Below are positions 1 to 8,171 of a stretch of DNA of 30,556 nucleotides, piece by piece. The notes under the pieces were generated by a model that was not told where the DNA came from, did not search any database, and was given only the letters and a program-made list of their open reading frames with translations. How positions within the stretch are numbered: position 1 is the first letter of the stretch; every line of letters starts with the position of its first letter. The stretch is from a virus (Duplodnaviria; Caudoviricetes): positions 1 through 30,556 of the IMG/VR virus record IMGVR_UViG_3300024500_000078; one strand, written 5' to 3'. Both the position numbers and the translations under genes were made by a program.

Positions 1-294
1 GTAAAGGTAATTGCCGTAACTGATCTTTCAGCACAGGTAACAGCTCTTACAGCACAACTTGCAGCAGCAAATGCTGCTAAGGCTACAGCAGAAACTGCTC
101 TTGCAGCAGAAAAGGCTGCTCGTGCAGCAGATAAGGTTGCAGCAGACGCAGCAGCAGCAAAGGCCGTAGTAGATCTAGCAAAGGCTAAGGCAGATGCTGA
201 TCTTGCAAAGGCTACATATATTGCAGAGTTTAATGCTCTAGCAAAGAAGTGGAACGCTAAGTTCCCTAAGCTTAAGGTAACTCTTAAGAAGTAA
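1..294 (+). CDS. 3' end of an Ala/Lys-rich coiled-coil protein (partial; possibly a surface protein)
   Basis: Frame 1 is open from base 1 to TAA at 292-294: VKVIAVTDLSAQVTALTAQLAAANAAK...EFNALAKKWNAKFPKLKVTLKK. Not in the ORF track because the start lies outside the window. Confidence 0.75.
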   Translation, partial: VKVIAVTDLSAQVTALTAQLAAANAAKATAETALAAEKAARAADKVAADAAAAKAVVDLAKAKADADLAKATYIAEFNALAKKWNAKFPKLKVTLKK

Positions 295-304
295 ATAATA
301 TCTA

Positions 305-353
305 TTTACAAACCGATTGGGGATATTGTATAATATATATGATATCCCCAATC
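305..353 (+). promoter_or_regulatory. SigA-type promoter overlapping an inverted repeat
   Basis: TTTACA(305)-N18-TATAAT(329), overlapping the ATTGGGGATAT...ATATCCCCAAT hairpin upstream of the halogenase. Confidence 0.55.
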
Positions 354-373
354 TTTATTAGAAAGAGAATAAA

Positions 374-1948
374 TTGAAAATTGTAATTGTAGGTGGCGGT
401 TCTGCTGGTTGGATGACCGCAAGTACCCTTGTTTCACAGTTAAAAGACGTAGATATAACACTTGTTGAAAGTCCCTATGTTCCTAGTATTGGAGTAGGAG
501 AAAGCACACTTGCTGGTTTACCAGCATGGCTAAATGCTATTGGAGTTGATCATAAAGAATTTATGCATTTTACAGATGCATCATACAAACTAAGTATTAA
601 ATTTAATAATTTCCACAGAATTGGTGACGGAGGATTTCATTATCCATTTGGACACCCAACATTAGAAAACTGTGAATTGCCAGGAGCAAATGACTGGCAC
701 GTTATGAAACATTATCTTCCAGAAACAACCACTACTCAAAGTTACGTTGAATCTTTATTTCCACAATCAGTTTTACTCAATTCTAGAAAATTAAAAAATC
801 CTAAAAATGGAGAATTGGGTAGATTCTCAATGGATAGAGATTTTGCTTTGCATTTTGATGCAATCAAATTTGCCGAATGGCTGTCAGAACACTTTGCAAA
901 GCCAAGAGGCGTAAAGCATATTGAAGCAGATGTATCTCAAATTGTAACAAATGATGATGGGGTAGAAAAGCTTATACTGGAAGACGGCAGAGAAATTTAT
1001 GCTGATATCTTTGTTGACTGTACTGGATTTAAGAGCCTGCTTTTGGGCGGATCAATGAATGAACCTTTTTATAGTCTAAAAGATAGACTGCCAGTAAATA
1101 AAGCATGGGCTGTTCAAATTCAATATGAAAATCCAGATGAAGAAGTTGATTTGTATACAGACTGTACAGCGTTAGGGCATGGATGGGTTTGGAATGCCCC
1201 ATTGTATTCAAGAATTGGTACTGGTTATGTATATTCAGATAGATGGACAACAAAAGAAGAAGCACTTGTAGAGTTTAAGCAGTATCTTGCAGATAGAATT
1301 GGTGCTCACCGTGTTCCAGAAGATTCAGCATTTAGAGAAATATTCTTTAAGTCTGGATGTTATGAAAGAACATGGGTAAAAAATGTTGTTGGTATTGGTT
1401 TATCTGCAGCATTTCTAGAGCCACTAGAATCTAATGGTTTATTCTTTATTCATGAGTCAGCAATGATGTTGGCAAGATTCTTAGCTCGTGGATATTTTAA
1501 TGCTATAGATCGAGATTTCTATAATGGAATTACAAGAAAGCATTTTGAATCATTTGCCACATTCTTGGAGTATCACTATACATTAAGTTCAAGAAGAGAC
1601 ACAGAATTTTGGAAGTATATGACAACCAGAGATGTTGCCCCAAAGCTTTGGGAGGCATCTACTGAATCAAACTTTATTGAAGAGTTAGTAAATAAAACAC
1701 AGCATCAGTCATACAGAGTTGCTATTGATAGTGGATTCCATGCAATTGCAATAGGACATGAGTGGTATCCAATACATGCAGCATCTATTCCATATTGGCA
1801 ACACTTGCATCCTACAAATTATGAACAGGTTGCTGGAAATTTCTTTATTAAAACTGAGAAATCTCAAAAGAAATGGAACGATTTTATTAAAGATGCACCA
1901 ACGCATTATGAGTATTTAAAGAAACATTATCATCAAGGAGATAACTAA
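374..1948 (+). CDS. Flavin-dependent tryptophan halogenase family protein (PrnA/RebH-like)
   Basis: N-terminal GGGSAGW FAD-binding motif, IGVGEST, FVDCTGF, GWVWNAP (WxWxIP-like) and FLEPLESNG motifs; 524 aa. Confidence 0.9.
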   Translation: MKIVIVGGGSAGWMTASTLVSQLKDVDITLVESPYVPSIGVGESTLAGLPAWLNAIGVDHKEFMHFTDASYKLSIKFNNFHRIGDGGFHYPFGHPTLENCELPGANDWHVMKHYLPETTTTQSYVESLFPQSVLLNSRKLKNPKNGELGRFSMDRDFALHFDAIKFAEWLSEHFAKPRGVKHIEADVSQIVTNDDGVEKLILEDGREIYADIFVDCTGFKSLLLGGSMNEPFYSLKDRLPVNKAWAVQIQYENPDEEVDLYTDCTALGHGWVWNAPLYSRIGTGYVYSDRWTTKEEALVEFKQYLADRIGAHRVPEDSAFREIFFKSGCYERTWVKNVVGIGLSAAFLEPLESNGLFFIHESAMMLARFLARGYFNAIDRDFYNGITRKHFESFATFLEYHYTLSSRRDTEFWKYMTTRDVAPKLWEASTESNFIEELVNKTQHQSYRVAIDSGFHAIAIGHEWYPIHAASIPYWQHLHPTNYEQVAGNFFIKTEKSQKKWNDFIKDAPTHYEYLKKHYHQGDN

Positions 1949-2244
1949 TGAAGTTTAGAACGCAATGGATTGAAGCACTAAAAACAATGCGATTTAAAAG
2001 TTATTGGAATAGGCCAAATACTGTAGAGTTTTTTGCCTTTATGACAAAGATTGCTATCATTTTCCCAGGACTTTTGCTTGGAAGACAATTTTGGTGGCTG
2101 TACATTTTTGCATTAATTTCAAGCTTAGCACTAATCTGGTCTTCTACTGTAAAAACTTTGCCAACAATTATTTGGTTTAACATTTTATGGTCGATTTTAG
2201 CAATATTGTCAATTGCTAAGCATTTTGGTTTGATATTGAGTTAA
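1948..2244 (+). CDS. Small membrane protein
   Basis: 98 aa with about 3 hydrophobic segments; TAATG coupling to the upstream gene. Confidence 0.7.
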   Translation: MKFRTQWIEALKTMRFKSYWNRPNTVEFFAFMTKIAIIFPGLLLGRQFWWLYIFALISSLALIWSSTVKTLPTIIWFNILWSILAILSIAKHFGLILS

Positions 2245-2245
2245 A

Positions 2246-2434
2246 ATGGATTTACGTGGCATACCAACTACAGCATGTCCAAACTGTAACTCTGCCATGT
2301 TAAAAATAAAAGCAAGATTTGATCCAGAAACTTATGAAATAGCAATGTATATGCTAGACTGTGAGTGTGCGGAATGTGGTTCTCTACTAACCGCACCAAC
2401 ACCAATTGATAGGGAGGCAGAAGATGAATTTTGA
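2246..2434 (+). CDS. Small zinc-ribbon protein
   Basis: CPNC...CAEC motifs; 62 aa. Confidence 0.7.
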   Translation: MDLRGIPTTACPNCNSAMLKIKARFDPETYEIAMYMLDCECAECGSLLTAPTPIDREAEDEF

Positions 2435-2597
2435 ACTAAAGAGTCAAGAAGAAATGCAACAGCATCCTATTGATACCTGTCGTATTAAAGGTTGTTGGGG
2501 GAAAGCAGAAGTTTTATGGTCTGGTAAAGAAGGACCAATTATTGACGTATGTATTGAACACAGAAAAAGATTGTCTGAGGAGGCAAGCAATGTCTGA
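2424..2597 (+). CDS. Small hypothetical protein (Cys/His, possible Zn-binding)
   Basis: ATG at 2424 after GGGAGG; CRIKGC...CIEH. Confidence 0.6.
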   Translation: MNFELKSQEEMQQHPIDTCRIKGCWGKAEVLWSGKEGPIIDVCIEHRKRLSEEASNV

Positions 2598-2790
2598 TTC
2601 TAATAAAAGAAGTTTGTTAAAAACTTTTAGTTGGGAAACATTCCATTTAGTTGGAGTTGCTGGAGTTATATACTTGTTCACTGGAGAATGGGAATATGCC
2701 AGCCTAGGTGCTCTTATTTATATTGCTTGGGAGTCTCTTGGGTATTATATCCATGAAAGACTTTGGGCAAAATTCGGAAAGAATAATTAA
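2590..2790 (+). CDS. DUF2061-like small membrane protein
   Basis: ATG at 2590 after GGAGG; RSLLKTFSW...YYIHERLW signature. Confidence 0.7.
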   Translation: MSDSNKRSLLKTFSWETFHLVGVAGVIYLFTGEWEYASLGALIYIAWESLGYYIHERLWAKFGKNN

Positions 2791-3500
2791 TGCAAAAAAT
2801 TCAATTTGCTTCTGCATTTGAGCATATTCCATTAATGAAGCCTGCAAAAAATTATGTTCCTGAATGGTATGCTAAAACTCCAATGTTTCTTGGCCAAAAA
2901 ATGGAATTTACAAAGTGGGGAATGAATCCTGGATTGAGAGCATGTGTTCCATTTATGGATTCATTTTTGACTGGTTACACAGCAGAGCTTTGGACAGACT
3001 TAGTTATTGAACAAGGAGTTCATGGATCTGTAATCCGATGGCCAGGACAAACTGCAGAACAAGGAACAGATTACTGGGAACCACTTCAGGTTCGTGGTCC
3101 AGAAATAACTCATCCAATGCCTGCCCCAAATGGATATGAAAATAAACATTATGCATGGCACAATCCATATTTAATTAAAACTCCGCCAGGTTATAGCATT
3201 TTGATTACACAACCTTTAAATCAATACGATACTCCATTTATGACAATGAGTGCAGTCATCGATTGCGACCAGGATCTTCTTGGAGCAGGAAGAATTCCTT
3301 TTTATGTTAAAGATGGCTTTGAAGGCTTGGTTCCAAAAGGGACTCCTTTATTTCAAGTCATTCCAATTAAACGTGAGCGTTGGGAATCAGTAGAAAATAC
3401 TGATCTTAGAAAAGATAATAAAAGAAGGATTTGGCAGGTAGGATCAGTTCTTACTGGTTGGTATAGAAACAACCTATGGAACAAAAAAGAATACCACTAA
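2790..3500 (+). CDS. Conserved phage hypothetical protein (DUF6065-like beta-fold)
   Basis: CVPFMDSFLTGY, TPPGYS and PKGTPLFQVIP motifs recalled from aquatic phage proteins; 236 aa. Confidence 0.6.
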   Translation: MQKIQFASAFEHIPLMKPAKNYVPEWYAKTPMFLGQKMEFTKWGMNPGLRACVPFMDSFLTGYTAELWTDLVIEQGVHGSVIRWPGQTAEQGTDYWEPLQVRGPEITHPMPAPNGYENKHYAWHNPYLIKTPPGYSILITQPLNQYDTPFMTMSAVIDCDQDLLGAGRIPFYVKDGFEGLVPKGTPLFQVIPIKRERWESVENTDLRKDNKRRIWQVGSVLTGWYRNNLWNKKEYH

Positions 3501-3562
3501 TGCTATAATTGTAGTGGACCAAAAGCATGCAGGTCCTATTAAACAACCTTAAGGAGAAAAAA

Positions 3563-3760
3563 ATGACAGACGGTATCAATACCACAGGGTTTACAGACCC
3601 AAAGATCAACCCAAGTTCACCTTGGGCAACTGAGTCTTACACAGAAGCACCAGCATCTGCTTTCCCAGCAAAGGACATGTCTACTCAAGGAAACGCAGGT
3701 TTCCAAAAAGAAGGCGCCATGGGAGAAATGGAAGCTGGAGACTATTCGGAGTCACTATAA
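3563..3760 (+). CDS. Small low-complexity hypothetical protein
   Basis: AAGGAG RBS at 3551, then ATG at 3563 (MTDGINTTGF...). Confidence 0.7.
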   Translation: MTDGINTTGFTDPKINPSSPWATESYTEAPASAFPAKDMSTQGNAGFQKEGAMGEMEAGDYSESL

Positions 3761-3888
3761 TGTGTGACATGTGCGGATGCTCAACAGTTGCATCACCAAC
3801 AGTAAATGACAAGTCTATTCAGAATGAATCTTCAGTCTATCTTGGAGCAATCATGGGAATGGACTCTGAAAACACGCTTGGGGCATAA
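3760..3888 (+). CDS. Small hypothetical peptide (MCDMCGC N-terminus)
   Basis: 42 aa, TAATG-coupled on both sides; CxxCGC metal-binding start. Confidence 0.6.
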   Translation: MCDMCGCSTVASPTVNDKSIQNESSVYLGAIMGMDSENTLGA

Positions 3889-4052
3889 TGTCTGAGAATG
3901 GTACAGGCGTAACGCCTCCACCAAATAATGAGCCTTCTGGAGCCACTACATCTAAAGATACAATAAATCTTAATGCAGATCAGGGTGGGAAAAGAAAGAA
4001 GAACTCGTTACACATAGGCTCAGTTTCAGATTCAATTAAGAATCCTAACTAG
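3888..4052 (+). CDS. Small hypothetical protein
   Basis: 54 aa (MSENGTGVTPPP...), TAATG-coupled and followed by a hairpin. Confidence 0.55.
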   Translation: MSENGTGVTPPPNNEPSGATTSKDTINLNADQGGKRKKNSLHIGSVSDSIKNPN

Positions 4053-4065
4053 CAGAGTTAAAAGT

Positions 4066-4091
4066 GTGGCCCCATAGAAATATGGGGCCAT
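4066..4091 (+). terminator. Stem-loop, probable terminator
   Basis: GTGGCCCCATA-GAAA-TATGGGGCCAT. Confidence 0.6.
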
Positions 4092-4108
4092 ATTAATTAG
4101 GGAGATAA

Positions 4109-4711
4109 ATGAAAACTTTTTACAAAGAAGATCCGTTTGGCGAAGAACTTTTTGATAAAATATATTCTGTTTGCATAGAAGCAGATTCAGGATTTAATGA
4201 TTTACAATATACAAAAAGATTTGGAAGATATGACACTTTAGTTGAGTGGGATCCAGATACAGAGAAAAAGATATTAGAGCTTGCTAGAAAAGAATTTGGC
4301 GAAGAAGATCTAGAGATTACATATAATCAAGTAACTAGATATCAGATAGTTGGAGAGTATAATCCAAGACTATTTATGCATGTAGATACACTCCCTGCTA
4401 CACATACAATAGATGTTTGTTTAGACACAACAGTTCCAGAATGGGGACTTAGAGTTTTGGATAAAGAAACTCAACAAGAAACATTATTTAAAGATAAAAA
4501 AGGATCTGCCGTGTTTTTAAAGGGCGACATAGATGAGCATGGAAGAGATGAATATCCATCTAAAGATCCATCAGATTATTGCAAGATGTTATTTATTAAT
4601 CTTGCTCCTTCAAATCACTGGGCTGTTATTGCAAAAAAGACTTTGCCCCCAGAAATGATTAAGTCAAAATACTATCCAATAAGCGTAGATGGATCATTGA
4701 CACAGCCGTAA
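4109..4711 (+). CDS. Putative 2OG-Fe(II) oxygenase superfamily protein
   Basis: HxD (MHVD) and a distal His-x-Arg (EHGR) in a beta-rich 200 aa protein; GGGAG RBS. Confidence 0.55.
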   Translation: MKTFYKEDPFGEELFDKIYSVCIEADSGFNDLQYTKRFGRYDTLVEWDPDTEKKILELARKEFGEEDLEITYNQVTRYQIVGEYNPRLFMHVDTLPATHTIDVCLDTTVPEWGLRVLDKETQQETLFKDKKGSAVFLKGDIDEHGRDEYPSKDPSDYCKMLFINLAPSNHWAVIAKKTLPPEMIKSKYYPISVDGSLTQP

Positions 4712-4725
4712 CAATTTAATATAAT
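4697..4725 (+). promoter_or_regulatory. Consensus sigma70/SigA promoter for the tRNA pair
   Basis: TTGACA(4697)-N17-TATAAT(4720), 10 nt before tRNA-Gly. Confidence 0.85.
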
Positions 4726-4735
4726 TAGATTAGTT

Positions 4736-4809
4736 GCGGATGTTGCATATTGGTAGTGCCTCTGCCTTCCAAGCAGAAGGGGTGAGTTCGATTCTCATCA
4801 TCCGCTCCA
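4736..4809 (+). tRNA. tRNA-Gly(TCC)
   Basis: GCGGATG/CATCCGC acceptor stem, TCTGC-CT-TCC-AA-GCAGA anticodon arm, GTTCGA T-loop, encoded CCA. Confidence 0.95.
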
Positions 4810-4810
4810 C

Positions 4811-4882
4811 GCCTTGTTAGCTCAGTGGTAGAGCACCGCTCTTGTAAAGCGGGGGTCCACAGTTCAAATCTGTGACGAGGCT
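4811..4882 (+). tRNA. tRNA-Thr(TGT)
   Basis: GCCTTGT/ACGAGGC acceptor stem, CCGCT-CT-TGT-AA-AGCGG anticodon arm, GTTCAAAT T-loop; no encoded CCA. Confidence 0.93.
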
Positions 4883-4914
4883 CGCAACACCGATATAGAC
4901 TAGGAGAAAAGCAC

Positions 4915-5271
4915 ATGGCAAATCCAACTATTACCTTAACAGGTAGAATTGGGCAAGAACCGACAGTACTAAGTAATGGCGGACTAAAACTACGAGTAGT
5001 AACAAATGATCGTGGTAAGAATGAACAAACTGGAATGTGGGAAGATAGACTCACATCATGGTGGACTGTAAAGGTCTGGAATAAGCTTGCAGAAGCATCT
5101 ACAGATGTTCTTAAGAAGGGACAAGAAGTAACAATTACTGGCACAATTTATGAAGAGAACTGGAACGACCAAAACGGCAATCCACGTACCTCATACGATA
5201 TTCGTGCAGAGACCATCGCCGTAACAACACGTAGTCTTGGTAAAGTTAAGTCAGAGGCAGTACCATTCTAA
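4915..5271 (+). CDS. ssb: Single-stranded DNA-binding protein
   Basis: ITLTGRIGQEP, WWTVKVW, LKKGQEVTITG and a C-terminal PF; actinobacterial-type OB fold with a short tail. Confidence 0.9.
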   Translation: MANPTITLTGRIGQEPTVLSNGGLKLRVVTNDRGKNEQTGMWEDRLTSWWTVKVWNKLAEASTDVLKKGQEVTITGTIYEENWNDQNGNPRTSYDIRAETIAVTTRSLGKVKSEAVPF

Positions 5272-5380
5272 CATCAGTATCAATATTCCTTATGGGTATC
5301 TCTATTGGCTTTGTCATAGGATACTCATTTGGACTATTCATAAATAAGCTTGATAAGAAAGTGAAATCGTCGGGAGAGAA

Positions 5381-5557
5381 ATGAAAAAAAATAATAATAA
5401 AAAGTCTTTACGTGGGGCTAAACGTCATGTAAAGAATTTACGACGACTTGCCCGTAAAACAATTTTGAGCACTGCTCAGAAGCGGGAAGAAAGAATGCGT
5501 CGTAGCATTTTTGCTGATTTAGACTTTACAGAAAAAATAGATAAAGAAGATCTATAG
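5381..5557 (+). CDS. Small basic hypothetical protein
   Basis: 58 aa, MKKNNNKKSLRGAKRH...; GGGAG RBS; stop overlaps the next GTG. Confidence 0.6.
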   Translation: MKKNNNKKSLRGAKRHVKNLRRLARKTILSTAQKREERMRRSIFADLDFTEKIDKEDL

Positions 5558-6096
5558 TGGTAATACTTAGCAAAATTTATACTAAAACTGGCGACAATGG
5601 TGAAACTTCATTAGCAGATGGCAACAGGGTTGCCAAATTTGATGCTGTAATAGATGCTATTGGCGTAGTTGATGAAGCAAATTCAGCAATTGGCATGATT
5701 CAGCCATACAATGATATTGTTCAAATGATTCAAAACGATTTGTTTGATATCGGCGCAGATTTAGCTAAATCAGATCTAAACATAGATGAAGAAAGAGTTC
5801 TATGGTTAGAAAGCGTCATAGATGACATGAACGAATACTTAGAGCCACTTAGATCATTTATTTTGCCAACTGGTCCAATTCATAATGCCAGAGCAGTTGT
5901 AAGAAGAGCAGAAAGAGTAGTATGGTTATTATCTGCAATATCAGATGGTAAAGACAACCCATATATTAATCCAGTGATACCAAAATATTTAAATAGGCTG
6001 TCAGACCTACTATTTGTTATGGCTAGATATAATAATAAAAATAATGAAGTATTATGGACGCCTAAAAGTGCGGCGGGAGAGAGACAAAATGCTTAG
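5557..6096 (+). CDS. pduO: PduO-type ATP:cob(I)alamin adenosyltransferase
   Basis: KIYTKTGDNGETSL, GVVDEANSAIG, IQNDLFDIGADLA, ARAVVRRAER, YLNRLSDLLFVMAR. Confidence 0.93.
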   Translation: MVILSKIYTKTGDNGETSLADGNRVAKFDAVIDAIGVVDEANSAIGMIQPYNDIVQMIQNDLFDIGADLAKSDLNIDEERVLWLESVIDDMNEYLEPLRSFILPTGPIHNARAVVRRAERVVWLLSAISDGKDNPYINPVIPKYLNRLSDLLFVMARYNNKNNEVLWTPKSAAGERQNA

Positions 6097-6244
6097 ATAT
6101 TTAAAGCTACGCTTTCACATATGGCGTATGATGAAAACTAATAAAGAACTATTAGAACGTCTAAATGATTATGATGAAAATGGTTGCCCATATTGGAAAA
6201 AGACAGGAACAGTAGATCCAGATTATGATCCAAAAATTAGTTGA
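6089..6244 (+). CDS. Small hypothetical protein
   Basis: ATG at 6089 after GGGAGAG; overlaps the pduO stop. Confidence 0.5.
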   Translation: MLRYLKLRFHIWRMMKTNKELLERLNDYDENGCPYWKKTGTVDPDYDPKIS

Positions 6245-6491
6245 TTTAATTTTTAAGTGGGATTCACTTCGGAAAGCCATATTTGCTGAGGTTGACTGGC
6301 ACAATTCAATTACCAGAATTATGGAAGATCCCGAAGATATGAAGATTGCCACAGCAATGTGGTGTGAATCAGATGGATGGCGGGGATGGACAATTGATGA
6401 TGGAAAGTATTACTTTAATGATATTCCAGAGAAATCATTGTCAGATTTGATGGAGATATTTGATGGCAGATCCGAATCAGACTCCCAGTAG
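6225..6491 (+). CDS. Hypothetical protein
   Basis: 88 aa ORF packed within the operon. Confidence 0.6.
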   Translation: MIQKLVDLIFKWDSLRKAIFAEVDWHNSITRIMEDPEDMKIATAMWCESDGWRGWTIDDGKYYFNDIPEKSLSDLMEIFDGRSESDSQ

Positions 6492-6663
6492 GGGAGATTG
6501 GGCATGCCCATGTAATGGATGTGCTAAGGCGGTGGCATTTGAGAGAAAACAATTAATCTCAGAAATAGAAAAACTAAAGGTAAAGGCATATTCAGAATTT
6601 GCCTATGATGAAGTAATTGAATTAATTAAAGGCAGAATGCCTAAGCCGAAGGAGAAAAAATGA
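6463..6663 (+). CDS. Small hypothetical protein (CPCxxC)
   Basis: GGAG RBS then ATG at 6463; ATGA overlap with the next gene. Confidence 0.6.
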   Translation: MADPNQTPSRGDWACPCNGCAKAVAFERKQLISEIEKLKVKAYSEFAYDEVIELIKGRMPKPKEKK

Positions 6664-7133
6664 TATATCATAAACACTTACTTGTAAATGCTAAAGTAAA
6701 GAATCCAATTAATACAGAACAACAGGGTATTGATTTTCTAACTAATCTGGTCAACCAGATTGATATGAAGATTATTAAGGGTCCATTTGCATCCTATGTA
6801 GATAAGGATGGCAATAAAGGCTTAACCGCTATCGTTATGATAGAAACTAGCCATATAGCCTTTCACATATGGGATGAGATAGACCCAGCTTTAATTCAAT
6901 TTGATCTATATACTTGTGGTCAACTAGAATTAGATAAGGTTATATCTATATTTAAAGAGACATTTGATTTGGTAGAGATGGACTATATTCTATTTGATAG
7001 AGAGAATGGCTTTGTTGTAGAAAATGAAGGGCGGGAAGCCGATGGTGTCTGGTATTCCAAATACCCTAATGGTAAAACGCCTGGACTAATGGATCCTAAT
7101 ATAGGCGGGAACAAAAAGAACCTTTGGGAATAA
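6660..7133 (+). CDS. speD: S-adenosylmethionine decarboxylase proenzyme (class 1B-like)
   Basis: HKHLLVN, GLTAIVMIETSHIAFHIW (ESH-like autocleavage site), FDLYTCG. Confidence 0.8.
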   Translation: MIYHKHLLVNAKVKNPINTEQQGIDFLTNLVNQIDMKIIKGPFASYVDKDGNKGLTAIVMIETSHIAFHIWDEIDPALIQFDLYTCGQLELDKVISIFKETFDLVEMDYILFDRENGFVVENEGREADGVWYSKYPNGKTPGLMDPNIGGNKKNLWE

Positions 7134-7316
7134 ATGTCAAATAAGTACCTAGACTATATAAGAGAACAAAATAAAGCAATGGCATCTCAATGTTATATAT
7201 GCCAAGATAAGACAACAGATATTATAGCCAAAGAGCATAAGATTCATTTTGTGTGTAAGACGCATTTTCTCTTGGATCAAGAGCTACGTCAGCCTACACA
7301 AATTTCATTTGAATAA
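7134..7316 (+). CDS. Small Cys/His hypothetical protein
   Basis: CYIC...CKTH; last gene of the + block. Confidence 0.6.
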   Translation: MSNKYLDYIREQNKAMASQCYICQDKTTDIIAKEHKIHFVCKTHFLLDQELRQPTQISFE

Positions 7317-7380
7317 GGCTAATATCTTACTCCACCCCCCACTTTTTATCTCTTCTATAGGCCTTTTAGAGCCTTTTAAA

Positions 7381-7406
7381 GTGGAGTAAAGTGGAGCATT
7401 GTGGAG
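7381..7406 (+). promoter_or_regulatory. Triple GTGGAG direct repeat (MraZ-box-like)
   Basis: GTGGAG-taaa-GTGGAG-catt-GTGGAG with exact 10-bp periodicity. Confidence 0.6.
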
Positions 7407-7471
7407 AATATGACTACAGATAATATCTCATATACTATTGTGTTATATGTAATTAGATATACATGTATTTC

Positions 7472-7501
7472 AGCATACTAAATACTCCCCCGTAATGTCA
7501 A
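7472..7501 (-). promoter_or_regulatory. SigA-type promoter facing the MraZ-like repeats
   Basis: Minus strand TTGACA-N18-TATGCT. Confidence 0.5.
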
Positions 7502-7744
7502 ATTTGCTGGCATGTTGGCCATATCATATTATATTGGGCATGTCAAGCATTCCAGTGATATAAAATATATGCCCGTAAATATGCATATTGGCCCGTATTT
7601 GTCAAGCATTTTCTGGAAAATTTGGCCAGATTTCTATATATTTCTATTAGATTTAATATACATTTTAAAAGATTTTGGCCAAAATTCCAGTGATTTTATT
7701 TGATTTATCGTAAATAGAGAATTTGGCCCGTATATCCGCACATA

Positions 7745-7773
7745 AAAAAATACCCCAGGTTTCCCTGGAGTAT
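7745..7773 (-). terminator. Intrinsic terminator ending the minus-strand block
   Basis: ATACTCCAGG/CCTGGGGTAT stem followed by a T-run on the minus strand. Confidence 0.65.
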
Positions 7774-7795
7774 CTTTAATTTATCTTATATATGT

Positions 7796-8083
7796 TTAAT
7801 ACATTTCTAGTTCTAATTGGTCATTCTCTGCAAGGAGTCTAAACCAATCTCTTGCTTTGATTAAGCCATAACTAGTTTCCGCCTCCACTTCCCAGTCTTC
7901 ATTATATTTCATATATTGATATGTGAGAATTGCCTCAATAAGTTCCATTATTTTATCTTGAGTATAATGTGGGGCAAAATTAACTAGATAGTTTGCTACT
8001 AGTGTTGGATTAAAGTTAATATCATTTGTTGCTAACTTAATGGCTTCCGCCAATTTTTCTTCTGGAGTTCTTTTCCGTGCCAT
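7796..8083 (-). CDS. Hypothetical protein
   Basis: 95 aa; GAAAGAGGA RBS; own promoter at 8108-8137. Confidence 0.75.
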   Translation of the reverse strand: MARKRTPEEKLAEAIKLATNDINFNPTLVANYLVNFAPHYTQDKIMELIEAILTYQYMKYNEDWEVEAETSYGLIKARDWFRLLAENDQLELEMY

Positions 8084-8107
8084 TGTTCCTCTTTCTACTA
8101 GTGCTCC

Positions 8108-8137
8108 ATTCTACCATTATGGGGTGGGGGTTGGCAA
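8108..8137 (-). promoter_or_regulatory. SigA-type promoter
   Basis: TTGCCA-N18-TAGAAT with an extended TG. Confidence 0.6.
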
Positions 8138-8171
8138 CGAAAGGGGAACCAACCCCCACTTCTAGAGGATC

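Noticed and set aside
4725-5144. 139-aa minus-strand ORF
   Set aside because: Antisense to two tRNAs and ssb.
7512-7703. 63-aa plus-strand ORF
   Set aside because: No RBS, lies in a repeat-rich AT tract, and has an implausible composition.
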